From Dicyema japonicum (Eukaryota; Animalia; Dicyemida): a stretch of DNA of 52,522 nucleotides. The stretch lies in NCBI GenBank assembly GCA_011109175.1, contig RDEW01000037.1, forward strand, positions 105,770-158,291, written 5' to 3'. How positions within the stretch are numbered: position 1 is the first letter of the stretch; each line of letters opens with the position of its first letter. The translations under genes and the position numbers were made by a program. A model generated the notes under the pieces. It saw nothing but the letters and a program-made list of their open reading frames with translations. It made no database searches and was not told the origin of the DNA. Positions 36,935 to 50,339 of the stretch are shown here, piece after piece.

Positions 36935-37160
36935 GGGTTTGACGAGTGACGCCGTCATCAGTGGATACTCACTGCGGAACTGGATTGTCTAGAAAGGACA
37001 CTCACACAAGAAAAAGAAAAAAGAAGTGAAGATCATTCCTTGGTTCTACGATTAGTTAAAATTAACTGTTCTTTACTTAAATAAAGTGTGTGTCCTGCCT
37101 ATGCGGAGCTATAAATACTATGGCTCTCGTGAAAAGGCTTAAAAAAAGAAAAAAAAAGAA
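36935..37160 (+). mobile_element. 5'-truncated SINE copy with A-rich tail
   Basis: Near-identical to the core and tail of 14207-14541. Confidence 0.92.
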
Positions 37161-37168
37161 GGGTTTTC

Positions 37169-37380
37169 CTATTTATTTAATAACTTTGTCATAAAATTTA
37201 ATAACTTTGTCAAAATATCTAATAACTTTGTCATAAAGTTTAATAACTGTAAAATATTTAATAATTTTGTCAAAATGTTTAATAACTTTGTCAAATATTT
37301 AATAACTTTGTCAGAAAATTTAATAACTTTGTAAGAAAATTTAATAACTTTGTCAAAATGTTTAATCATTTTGTAAAATA
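37169..37380. repeat. ~21-22 bp minisatellite (TTTAATAACTTTGTCANAA-like), ~9 copies
   Basis: Directly visible tandem units, followed by about 3 copies of a GGATTATTATTTATATTTTT unit. Confidence 0.9.
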
Positions 37381-37483
37381 TTTATGGGATTATTATTTAT
37401 ATTTTTAGGATTATTATTTATATTTTTTGGGATCATTTTAAATTAATAATTATTTTAACGAACAACGAGTCACAAGTAATTAA

Positions 37484-39090
37484 TTAATTAGCTAATCTCC
37501 TCTTCTTGGGGCCAACGTCAATTGTCAGTATAGGTGTGTTTTCGTTGTCGCACAACCCACATTCCGAGACTCCCCTAGGTCGACATTCCTTATCAGCTTC
37601 CTCCTCATCAGGTATCGATACTCCATGTCTATCTTCAGCTTGCATGCTCTCCAACGTCTTTCTCAATACTAACGTTTGGATGTACGCTTTCACCCTTTCC
37701 TCCAGTTTGAGGGCATCCAGATGGCCCTTGAAGAATCTCGAAACAATCCCATCCCAGGTAATGACTACAGGGATTATTTTTACCTTTGCGCGATGAATAC
37801 ATCCGAGTTCGTTCGCCAGTAAGTCATACTTATGGAACTTTTCCACCTCGACTTGCTTGAGGCAGTTTTGGGACGTGATCCCAATTTCAACGAGAGTAAT
37901 CGTATTACGCACCTTATCATGAACGAAAATATCGGGTTTGTTATTCTGTACAGCCGTATCTGTACTAATCGTTGTGTCTACACGAATCTCCACAAATTCA
38001 TTTGAGACAACAGATTGGACTGAGTGGGTCTTCAGTTTCTTAGTTTTTCTTATTCCATATTGACGGCAGAGGTGTAAGTGAATACATCTGACCACCTCGT
38101 TATGCCGCCTGAGATACGAGCTATTCAGCATTCTCCCACATCTAGTTGCAAGGTGATCAACGGTCTTCTTTCCTGAGTTACAATGTTTGCACTTGGCTTC
38201 TCCATTATCAAAAAACATGTTACGATCCTGAAGCAGACACAGCCTTCCTTCGGTTACAGGAGAATGATTTCCATGAACTAACCACCCTGAGGATTCAGCA
38301 ATATTCACTTCGGTATCTTTCAGACACTCAAATAGAATAGAGTGCAGCGATTTCTCTTCAATTTTTCCCAGTAGATATTCATGTTGTATTTCCATCAATT
38401 TCAACATTGTCAAATCCTTCACATTTTCAATGTTGTACTTTCTTGAGATGAATTTACGATAGTGGCCATGTGTATTTTCTTTGAATTAATGACCCGTAGA
38501 ATTCCCGCTCTTCTTAGGCAGTAATTTGCCTTATGTTCCAAATCACTATAAAATTGGAGGAGCATTCTTTCTGCTTTGTTACTGACTACTCGAGGCCTCT
38601 TCCAAATTTATTTCTTGGTAGATAAAGTCTTTCTTTGTTTGCCGGTTGCAAGTGGATATGACTGTCCATAAGAATTCTGCGAATATTTTTATCAATCTGT
38701 TCAAACTCTCCAGGTTCGATATCAATCAATCCAATGTAATAGTTGTAAAGGGAGATTGCATACTCATTCATAGCTTTAAACAGGTTCACTGAGTTTAAAT
38801 CCGTCTTCGTCAAATTTTTGATCCGCTTAGATACTTCTCCATAGATTTTATTCATAATTTCTCCTTTAAGAACATTGCTGTTCTTATCTTCAAGAACTCC
38901 CAAATATCGGTATCCATCCAATCCATCAAGGAAACGAGCTTTCCCAGACAAGGGCTTGACATTTGTTGCAGATTTGTCAAAGTTCCTCTCCAACCCGGCT
39001 GCATCAAAAAACGAATCAACTTCTTTCATCATCATAACCATTGAATCACTTTTGTGAGAAAACAACTTTATATCGTCCATAAACAGATTG
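37484..39090 (-). mobile_element. R4/Dong-type non-LTR retrotransposon 3' half (RT C-terminus, CCHC knuckle, REL endonuclease)
   Basis: FMDDIKL and YRYLGV (RT), then CKHC...TVDHLATRC...RRHNEV and NKPDI...TLVEIG (REL). Confidence 0.9.
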
Positions 39091-39169
39091 GAATCATTAT
39101 TTATATTTATTGGATTATTAAGTTCCTATAAAAACAAATTTTAGCGCAAAATGAATTAAATGAATAGTT

Positions 39170-41150
39170 ACCAAAACAAATTACTACTGTAACCAAGGAT
39201 AACCGAAAATCTTATTTTTGACTAAAAAATTGAAGATGCTTCATTTACGCTGAAGAATTTACAAAATTCTTTATTTGATGTGAAAAGAAAAAATGTCTCT
39301 CTATCGACAATAAATAGGACGCTAGAGACATTTGGATATACAGTAGGACCCCGCCCCAATCAAACCCCGGCCCTGGGGCACCCTCTGTATTTGGGGCGAT
39401 TTTTTAAATAAATATAATTATAAATGATCTTTTACATTTTTTCACATTTTTCGTTCAATAAATTCAAAATAAAAACCCTGCTTTTTGGGGCACTTTCTCT
39501 ATAGAAAATTTAAAAATCTATTATTTAATTTTTATCTTTAATTTATTAATTTTCAAATAATTGTCAGCATGCCTGCGAAGCTTAGTCGTCATTTGAAACA
39601 AAGATTTTCGATTCTTTAATAAATCAAAATATGTCAGAAAGAAAAATTTGTCGATTATACAAGATTGGAAAAGGAACTGTTTCTCGAATTAAAAAGAAAT
39701 TGGAAAGGAAAATATTTCGTTAAACAAAGAAGTATTTTTTGAGGAAGTTTCATGCAAGAAGTTTGAATCCGACCTTACTATTCAAATTGATCGACTAGTA
39801 TTCGAAGTCTTCAACAATTTGAGAAAGTATGGGATTTCAGTATCTGGATGTCTCCTCAAAAATATTGCAAAAAAGATTGCTGCCAAATTTGAGTTTAATG
39901 ATCTCAAGGCATCAAATGGATGGCTTGATCGATTTAAAAAGCGACATGAATTACTATTCAAAGTAATTTCGGGTGAAAAAAACTCATCCGACAAAAAAAA
40001 ACTTAAAGAGTTTTTAACAATTACGACAATACGATAAAAAATATTTTTAACTGCGACGAAACTTCTCTTTTTATTAAAAAAATTCATGGAGATCATTTGT
40101 CTCTTCAAATGATGATTGTTTTTTGGTAAAACGAAAAGTAAAGAACGAGTTTCAGTTCTTTTATGCTGCAGCCGTGAAGGCAAAAAATAAACTTCGAAAT
40201 GGTTCAAAAAACAGGAAAATTTTGATTATTATGGATAATGCACGTTGTCACAAATGTCAGGAATATTCAAACTTATAATTTCTTAAACTTCCTAAAAACA
40301 CAACAGCACTTCTTCAACCTTTAGATATGGGGATCATAAACTCATTCAAATTATGTTATAAGAATGTTCTTTATGAAATGATATGTCTTGACGATGCTAA
40401 TGAATACTATGATGCCCTGTTGAAGATCAATATGAGACAAGTAGTCGCATTTGTGGGAGAAGCATGGACTCGTGTAACAAAAACTACAATATTGAATTGT
40501 TGGAAAAAGATAAATGAGCAAAGAACATTTGTCCATGAAAAAAATTCAAAAAAAGAATCCGAATTAATTGATGAACATATTTCAGATTTAACAGAACTTG
40601 AAATAAATGGAATAGAAGACAATGAGGTTTTGTAAAATGGAAATAATGAGATGGATGGGCTATATTTAAAAGATACAATAAAAATTATGAATAATCTTGA
40701 ATCTTCATTATTTAACATTTGTCCTGAAGGGCTTAAAGAATACTATAAATTTAGGATTAAAATTTCAAAAATGCTAAGAAACAAATATTCCATTGGGAAC
40801 AAAATAACTGATTATTTTTCATAAATAAATTGATTCCTTTTTGCAATATGAAGCAAAACATTGTATTGTAAAAATAATTATTTAAAAATACGAATAGAGA
40901 GGTTAAAAATGTAATAATTTAGTATACTCTCTATATTTTGGGGCACCCTCTATATTTGAGGCACTTTTCTATTGGGGCGGGGTCCTACTGTAGTTTAAAA
41001 AAATCAATTTGTACCTATGGCGAGAAATTCTACAATAAATATGGAAGAAAGATATAGATCTGCCAGAAAAATAATTGAAGTTGATAATCAACGGCTTGTA
41101 GGAACTCGATGAATTAATAAACGCAATCCAAAACATCGGAGAAATTCCAT
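39170..41150 (+). mobile_element. IS630/Tc1-like transposase remnant interrupted by a pogo element
   Basis: Joining the flanks at the TA gives FTLKNLQ...VSLSTINRTLETFGYSLKK, typical of the HTH region of IS630/Tc1 transposases. Confidence 0.6.
39341..40990 (+). mobile_element. pogo/Tigger-type DNA transposon with perfect 20-bp TIRs and TA TSD, transposase decayed
   Basis: CAGTAGGACCCCGCCCCAAT at 39341-39360 and its reverse complement at 40971-40990. KASNGWLDRFKKRH, SKERVSV, IMDNA and LQPLDMGII motifs. Confidence 0.95.
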
Positions 41151-41339
41151 CAGATGTGTGCAATAATTTGTACAGCCATATGCGGAGCCATTTAGTTAAA
41201 GCATTGGCTAATGAAGAATTTTAATTTATAGTTGTTTTTTTTTCATTTAATTATAAAATTGGTTTCTTTTAATTTGACCCTTTACAAAGTTATTAAATAA
41301 ATCGGAAAACCCTGTAATGGAATCGCTGCATTAACGAAG

Positions 41340-42550
41340 ATATTCAATCACTCTATTAGCAAAAAATTGTATTCCAGCATTATGGAAGCTGGCCCACCTA
41401 CGTCCAATTTTGAAACCCGGAAAAAAGTGAAGAAGGACCCAGCTTCATACAGACCGGTCGCGTTATTGTGTTCGGTGTCGAAAATTCTGAAAAGACTGGT
41501 TATGCGAAAATCAAATATTTCCTCCCGGATTTGTCATTTTAACATGGTTTTAAAAAGGAGAGGTCTACTTCGACCCACTTATCTGCATTGACTAACTTTA
41601 TACGATATGGTTTCTCGCACAGACCGGGACACATGAAGACTGTACTTTGCTCCATAGACGTCCACAAGGCTTTCGACTCTGTGTCAAGGCGGATTCTTAC
41701 TTGGAAAATTTACCAAACAAAGATCACTGGACAGTTCAAACTTTGGCTAGCTAACTTCCTTAGTGGTCGGAGGGGACGCGTCTGCATTGGCCAGTCAAGG
41801 TCTACTTCACGACTTCTCCCTAACGGGGTTCCCCAAGGATCCTCTTTGTCTCCAGTTTTATTCAACCTATTCATGGCGGACCTTCCCACTCCAGACTCCG
41901 AAAATGATATTATTCTAACTTATGCCGACGACATCGTCATTGCCTCACGCGATCAGGACATCCAGATTGCCACTTCGAAATTGCAAGAAAATCTGGATCT
42001 GCTTGACAAATGGCTATCGAAGAATCGCCTAACTACTAGCAGTGAAAAGTCCGTCACAACCCTATTTACTTCAGACAGGAGACTGGGAAGACGGACGGTC
42101 GAACTAAAGGCAAACAATGAAGCTATTCCTTACAGAAAATCCCAAAGGATCTTTGGGGTGACTTTTGACATGCATATGTCATTCTCGCCCCATGTTGAAA
42201 GCGTAATTACGAAATTACGCATTTTTTATGCATGTGGTATATGGGGTCCACTCATCTCTTGGACGAATGTCTTGAGGATCGAGGCTAGCCGGAGAAAAGC
42301 CTCCATGGTCACGGAACGCTGGATTTCTGAAGAACTCCACTCACCAATGCCTCTTGAAGCCTTGATAAGAATGAACCACGGATCGCGCCGTCGTGACTGC
42401 GACAATCCAGTCACTTGACCGATCTTGTGCGGGGACGAGGGAGGAGCATCGGGCCAAGATGAGGTCCCTGCTAAAGCGTGCTGGGATCACGTGATTAGTT
42501 AGTTTGTGTGATTGTGGTCTCTGTGTTGTTAGTATTATTATTAATATTCC
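41340..42550 (+). mobile_element. I/Ingi-group LINE RT and 3' end, internally deleted
   Basis: ASYRPVALL, DVHKAFDSV, NGVPQGSSLSP and YADD, then GGGATCAC motif and (TAT)n/TAA tail. Confidence 0.9.
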
Positions 42551-42589
42551 ACGCCTACCTGGATTTCGTGTGTTATTTTTTTCTTGTTG

Positions 42590-42900
42590 GTTGATTTATG
42601 TTATTTGTTTAACACCCAAGACCACGGTAAAACCAAAACTAACTATCACGTGATCCCGATGCGTTCCACCAAAATCTTCATTTTTTCCTGGTGCTTCCCT
42701 CGTACCTACACAAGCTCGTACTGGGCGGGTGACTTTATTTGCAGGGCCACCTTCCCGCATGCCGGAGTTTTGTTTAATGAGGACCTCCAGAGTAGTCGGT
42801 CCGGTTCTGTGTCTCCCACAAGACCACCGCTCCATCATTCCGAAAGCCTTTTTTTGAACGTCCTCGATTTTCTTAGTTTTCATCCATGATAATGAAGATC
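42590..42900 (-). mobile_element. LINE 3' end, tail to tail with the previous element
   Basis: GGGATCAC motif at 42650-42657 on the minus strand, followed by a pyrimidine tract and A-rich tail. Confidence 0.65.
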
Positions 42901-43149
42901 CCCACGAAACACACGCGTAAGAGAAGCATGGTTCGATCTATTGTTTTTGTAAATGTTCATCAAGACCGGGTGGATACCTGTCTTCTATATTCCAGATAAA
43001 TATTTTAATACATTGATCCTCTTCTCGCACTTCAGAACAATGTTTGCCACGTGTGGTGACAAAGATGGTTGATACTATACCTATTAAAGTTTATAACTTT
43101 ATTATTCCACTCCTAGAATAGAAAATATAAGAAAGAATATCTCGCTTAT

Positions 43150-44140
<991 letters not shown>

Positions 44141-44241
44141 TCTATTCAGACCAAAAATGAAACAATCCCAGTTTATATTCATATTTTAATAAGGAGTCTG
44201 ATTTCCTGAAGCGCGGTCGCCAATAATTCTCATGGTTGGTT

Positions 44242-44286
44242 GAATGTCACGTAACTCACCAAACTGGAGACATTTAAAAAGAGTTA
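44242..44286 (+). ncRNA. Nested pseudoknot, copy 4 (no P4)
   Basis: P1 GAATGTC/GACATTT, J1/2 ACG, P2 TAACTC/GAGTTA, P3 CC/GG, linker AAAAA. Confidence 0.55.
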
Positions 44287-44950
44287 CACTGCCCCTATCC
44301 TTCAAGGATGGACTGACAAGGACAACTGTCTTTGTTTGGGGACGTCGAATCGAACCTCGATCCCTAAAAATCATGCAAATAAATATAAACGGGATCAAAT
44401 GTAAGATTATTGAACTCAGAAACCTTATGGAAAATTATCGAATTAATGTCCTTCTATTACAAGAATCCAAACTCAGAAGTGCGAACACAACTCCAAAATT
44501 TCCTGGATACTCAGTTATCCGCAAAGATAGATGTAGAAAACTTGGGAAAGGCTTACTAACTATCATACGAAACGGAATCCCTTATAAAGATATCACCAAA
44601 TATGTCTACAACCGTCTCCATAACCTTGAAAGTATCGAAATTCTGGCCACAAAAATCCAACTCCCAAGGTTACGTATTATTCTGATCAATTCAAATCTAC
44701 CTCTTTCATCATCAGCCAATTGCCTAAAACTTTCGTCGATCAGCTCACTAAAGAACGTTCTTATTTGCGGTTACCTAAATACAAAACATACGCTCTGGCT
44801 GAGAGGTCAGACGTCAAACAAGCGGGAGATATCTTAATCGAAGACTTGAGAACCTTTTGCATCCTAAACGACCCTAACTTTCACAAAAGAACTCCCTCAA
44901 GACAAAACCGTCATCCCCTGACGTTTCAATCACGTCTCCCTTCTTCATTC
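44242..44950 (+). mobile_element. 5' fragment of Ingi/Vingi-like LINE: minimal pseudoknot, decayed 2A, APE
   Basis: QLSLFGDVESN (44338-44355, one nt out of frame) precedes IMQINING...LLQESKL...CGYLN. Confidence 0.82.
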
Positions 44951-45559
44951 AATTTTTTAAAAATATTTATTTAATAAAAAGACGACCGACAAACAGGTGA
45001 TCCAATTCAAAAGCCAAACATTTAGTCAAAGAAAGAAACTATTTAAAGAAAAAGAACATACCATCGAAAAAAGATATAATAAGAATTCGTACACTAAACA
45101 AATATATTAACAAATATATCAGTAAAACAAACTAGAAACGCTGGATAGAATTATTAAAAGTCCTAACAGAAAATCCGTCAGTACAGAAGGTCTAGAACAA
45201 AATCAAGTCTATCAAAAGGTCTTTTGATGAACCGCAAAATGGGATAGCATTACTAGGGCGATTTTTTTAACCTAAAAAATAAAAAAATTAACTTTATTAA
45301 CATAAAAACTAAAAAAATTAACCCAAAAAATTAACTTTATAACTAAACAATAAAAACACTAAAACTTTTTGTTACACATACAAATAACATAATTTTCTAA
45401 ATTTTCTGTTAGAAAATTTCGGTTGGTTCTTAGAAAATTCTTTATCTCAGAGAAACATCGTTCAACCGAGCACGAAGTTGCCTGACAATCAGGAGTAATG
45501 AATACTCGGCAAGAGATATGTGTGAATTAGTCATATTAATTATGTTTGAAATATCATTT

Positions 45560-46310
45560 TTTGAAGCCTTTTATTTATGTATTCTTTATTAAATTTGTTG
45601 TCATTTCCAAATTCCAACGATTCTAAACCATCATATGTTTATTCAATTGTGAAGCGTTTACTTTCAAATTTCGTAATAATATCTGCAATAGCGACATTAT
45701 TCGGAAATCTTGAATATTCGAATAGCTTCGGATAAGGTCACATAGATTGCTAACTAACACGTGGTTTTTGAGACTTTCTTTAGTTGTTCGAACTAGATAT
45801 CCATCATCCACGAATGATTCGAAGATATTCTGAACTCCATCAGATTTTCTGAATAGTTTGTAGCGGCCTTAAGCCAGGTCCCCCATCTTGTCAAATGCAC
45901 ACGAGGTGGAATGGCAATCTTCTGTCTTTGAATATTAGTTTTCTTCTATTGTTCTTGTTAATTGCTGCTTGTACAGTAGCTATCATCAAATCAATTTCAG
46001 GATAAAAGTCTCTTATTTTCTCACAACAATTTTGTAATAGATGAACAGCACATGTTAATGGAATAACTTGGGGTAAAGATTTTTAAGTTTTTGTTGAATT
46101 AACAATTTTTGATCCATTATAATTTGATCCACACAGCTTCTAGCTTTTGATGGTGAGGGAACTTGTAAAGAGCCTCCGTAAAACAATTCTCTAAGCCACG
46201 GCATAGATAGTTTGTTTAGTGGAATATCAGATTTTATAAATGCTCTGGTTACTTGTAGAGCACAATCATCACTTTTAGAATATTGGTCAATGTGTGTTTT
46301 GTGCGAATCA
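45560..46310 (-). mobile_element. hAT transposase remnant (CGGBP1-like group)
   Basis: RAFIKSDIPLNKL and LKNLYPKLFHxTCAVHLL motifs with multiple stops. Confidence 0.65.
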
Positions 46311-46619
46311 ATTAGATAATTTACAAAAAATAATTATGTCGAAAAAACTCAATGAATTTTGATGTTTTTGTGAGGCTCGATGGGAATAACAAAATGCCTT
46401 TTCTCGTATTTTATATTACACAAACAGAGTCGACAATATAGCCCACCATCCTCAAGAATCATAAATTCTGTAGGATAATCCTTTACAATGGCACTAGCTT
46501 TAATTTGGTACGATTTTACTATTTATGCATGTCATCCAAAAATTTTAGTGGCAAAATATATCATTAATTGTTAACTTTTTTTAAATAATTTTTTAACAAA
46601 AAAACAAATGTTAGTTGAG

Positions 46620-46865
46620 GAGGTCGACTGCGTGGATTGCAAACGAGTTCCCTCGGAGTATGGCCATTCAAATCTTTTGTTTCAGCCATAACCTTTCTCG
46701 TTGATCCCTTTTCTTTGACAAGCATTCCTTCGAGTTCTCGCAAGAATTCAGTCGTCATTGAACCAACGGCTCCTGATGATTCGGTCGCAATAGGAGTAAA
46801 TCGGTAGCGGTCCCCGAGGCAAGAATATTTCTTGATTTTTAGGTTCTCCGCGGTCGAAGCAGCTA
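46620..46865 (-). mobile_element. CRE-clade 3' fragment
   Basis: AASTAENLKIKKYSCLGDRYRFTPIATESSGAVG matches the CRE REL C-terminus. Confidence 0.75.
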
Positions 46866-46949
46866 ATACTTAATTTACAAAATTAATAAATAAATCAAAA
46901 ATTATTAGGTTAAATTATTTTAACCTTATAATTTTAAATTTACGATACA

Positions 46950-47910
46950 TGCATCCACCCAAACATAAAACTATGGATTGCCAACTTCTTAAGTGGGAGA
47001 CGTGGACAATTGCAATAACATGAAGTCAAAATTCCGTCTCCTACCAAAAGGAGTCCCTCAAGGATCTCCACTATCCCACTATCGCCAGCCCTTTTCAATC
47101 TGTACATCAATGACATTCTGAAACTGCACTACGAAAATTGTCTTCTACTATCATACGCGGACGATATCATTATCGCTGCAAAGGACAAAAAGTACCAAAT
47201 TGCTACCACGATGGCCCAGAACATGCTTAACAATTTAACTTCTTGGCTCAAGAAACTCCGTCTTGAAGCTTCCCCTACAAAATCCTATACTACCCTATTT
47301 ACAACGTGCAAGAGGCTCTATTCATTGAAACCTAACATTTCTCTCAGTAACACAGTAATTCCCATCAGTTACACACCAAATATACTCGGAGTGACACTCG
47401 ACCAGAGACTTCTTTCGCAAAGCATATGGATCACCGGGTAACGGCCGCACTGAAGAGGATGACGAATTAAAAGTCGTTACCAAGGCTCTCAGAAGTGACG
47501 CTGGATGCCTTCAGATGATCTACAAACAGTTTGTCCAGCCGACGTTGCTCTATGCAAGTGAAGCTTGGTCTTTGTTTCAAAACATCAATATATTAAAATA
47601 TTCAAATGGCCGCAAAGACTATTATCGGCCCAACATTCTCCCTTATATCTACAGAAGATCTTTTCATCCAAAAACAAAGAATTCTCATCAGAGGAGTAAG
47701 GATACCAGATCACCCTCTGTATGAGCTACTCGTCTCATATCTCTAGACGAACAGGAGATATGAGCCGAAGCCCTGCCCTTTTAAAAAGGGTAATTCTGGA
47801 CGCCCGTCCCCGGGGACGCAGGTCCCAAGTTGTCGGTCTGGGATCACTTGTTAGTTAAGAACTTGTTTTATTCTTTTAACCCGGTGATCCTGGGACAATA
47901 ATAATAATTT
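46950..47910 (+). mobile_element. I/Ingi-group LINE RT C-terminus and tail
   Basis: KGVPQGSPLSP, YADD, ILGVTLD and YKQFVQPTLLYASEAW, then GGGATCAC motif and (TAA)n tail. Confidence 0.85.
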
Positions 47911-48543
47911 CATAAAATTCGATTTCCAACTTGCATCTTGTAGATGCATTCAATTTATTTTGAAAAAAGGAAATATCTTTATCTTTTAAATGAGGATGCT
48001 TCATTATAAATGTCGCTTGGAGCAAGCTAACTCTTTCTCTTACATTTTTTGCCGCACATGCGAAGCTATAAATATTATGGCTCTCGTGAAACTGCTAATA
48101 ATAATAGTTTGGAAGGAGCAAGAGACGTGCTATGCATTATATGATGGCATATTACACATTCTGCTGTATGCGGTAAATCAGATCCGTTCTGATAAAATCA
48201 TATGAAGGTAGCTTCCATCATATTTTCTATTATTATAATTATAAAAAACCTTTAGTGAATATTTTTTGGAATATCTTATGCAATTATTGTTTCTCATTTA
48301 AAATCTTATAAGGTTCGCCGGAACCCAGGTTGGGAACCACTTGATTATTGGAACTGGGATTACCTAAATGGGTGACATTTTTTCTGTCTTTCTTTCCCGG
48401 TGATCCCTGAGTTCTAAATAAATAATAATTTATTCAAACTAACCGCTAATGGCCAGGCGAGAGTGAATATTGTCAACGATTGGTTGTCTTCGAACCGACT
48501 AACGATTTCTGCCGAAAAATCAATACGTAGGCCAATCTCAAAT

Positions 48544-48870
48544 TAATTAATTTATTTATTAACCCCGGATACACCGAGAAAGAATTTAAAGTAAACTACT
48601 AATTGAGTGTATCCAGTTTCCACTTCTACAGAAACAGAGTCCATCCGGAATCAGCATAAAAGGTAAGACGTCCACTACATGCAGTTGTGGAAACCCCTCC
48701 AGTGGAGTGGGGAGAGCAAATGATCCTTTTCGCGCCGGCCTGGAACTGGGCGTCACCTAGACAGGTGGATCACATGACGCCAATCTAATAGGAAGAGAAA
48801 AGAGGAACAGACAAGCAAGCAGAAAACTTCAACCAATTAACCACGCAGCACCACATGGCGCACGCGGATA
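48544..48870 (-). mobile_element. ~330-bp non-autonomous retroelement, copy 2
   Basis: 16-bp TSD TAGGCCAATCTCAAAT (48528-48543 and 48871-48886). Homologous to 32319-32647 over the full length. Confidence 0.92.
48721..48781 (-). ncRNA. HDV-topology nested pseudoknot, copy 5
   Basis: P1 GGCGTC/GACGCC, J1/2 ATG, P2 TGATCC/GGATCA, P3 ACC/GGT, imperfect P4, linker CGAAAA. Confidence 0.65.
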
Positions 48871-49439
48871 TAGGCCAATCTCAAATAATAATATAAAATT
48901 AAAAAATATTTAAAGAACAAAATAATTTAATTAAAAATAGATTTAAATTTGTCATACTTTTTTGTTCGTTGTGATGAAACCTGTGACAGTTTCGAAAGAT
49001 GATTTTTTATAAGAGCAGTATAAACAATATGCGAGTATGAATGATCAATAATGTGTCTAGTTCATGCAAAGAGGCATGGATAAACCTCAAATGGAAAAAG
49101 ATTACGAATGTACTATCATTGATCAGCATCACTGGCACCTGGATCTCCCCAGCTTGGGATTCAACTCCAACCTAAAATCATCGGATGAGAATAAACTGAG
49201 AACAGCTCACATGTCATTTGGTGGTTTCAACAGGACTGTTGAGGTTGAGCGGATTTGTTATTAAAGGAGCTAATGAAGGAAATAAAGAAAGAAGATGTCG
49301 AGGAGCCTGCAGTCTGCTATTCTATTTCAAAAAAGTTTAGAAAAGTGACGAAAGGAGGAAATGATAAAAAGAAATTTAAATTATGACTTATTTTGTATTA
49401 AAATATTTTATTAATTTCTTTCGTCTCCACTAGATCTTT

Positions 49440-50020
49440 TCTTGGAGTCAAGTACGACAGTCTACTCAATTTCAACTCCCACGTAAAAGACATGATTACC
49501 AGGGGCCTCCAGAAAATTAACGTTTTACGCGCTCTTGTCCGGAGGACCCCGAGGAACATGGACTTTTCTGTTTCTACCCTCTACCAACAAACAATCGCGC
49601 CAGTCGTTGAGTATGCCTCCGTTGCATGGAGATTCGCGCTATCGGAGACTATGGTCCAAAGAGTCAACTCAATACACCAGAAACAATCAGTATGCTTTGC
49701 CCACGTAATGGATCAACAGTCGACCCACTACTCATGGAATCTAAGATCCGTAGTCGTGGCTCTCGATTTTTTTGCGTCTGTGAGGAAGATAAAAACCCGC
49801 TTCGTCTGATCCTTTCCATGGCAAGAGAAAACCGATTGGATAAGAAATTCCCCTCCCCGATCGGATTCCTCTGCAAGACCGAGAGAAGGCTCTTCCGGAA
49901 AGTAGTGGGGACAATGGAACATCACAGACGTCGAATGGCACAATTGATTGCGAGGACTGGGATCACCTAACTGTTTGACTCTTTTGTCTTTCTTTCTCGG
50001 TGTTCCCGGAATTATTAAAA
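49440..50020 (+). mobile_element. 3' portion of LINE, sister copy of 16080-16855
   Basis: High nucleotide similarity to the reverse complement of 16090-16700, with the same tail. Confidence 0.9.
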
Positions 50021-50339
50021 TAAAAATAGTCCGCTCGGATTCTTCAGTGTTGAGGAACCTTTTTCTCCTTTTATTACTTGGCAATCTATTCCGTGTAATA
50101 CCTAACTTTATACAAAGAATATTATTTTTATCCCATTTTGAGAGATAACTTTTCTTTACTCTGGGATCGATCCCATGTGGTCTCTAATTCTAATCTGATA
50201 CCAAATAAGTCAATTATTGTGACCGTTTCAGATTGAGATACGGCTGAATACGAACCGTTAAAAAATCGATATTCAATGTACCGATTTAAAAAGCCAATCA
50301 AACAAAATGGCAACCGTCCCAACAACAATCTAGTAACAA

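Noticed and set aside
37169-37369. 66-aa ORF with KVIKF/LTKLLN repeats
   Set aside because: It is a translation of the minisatellite.
48311-48342. hAT Charlie/Buster-like terminus (GTGGTTCCCAACCTGGG on the minus strand)
   Set aside because: Solo end with no partner TIR or 8-bp TSD found, too short to call an element.
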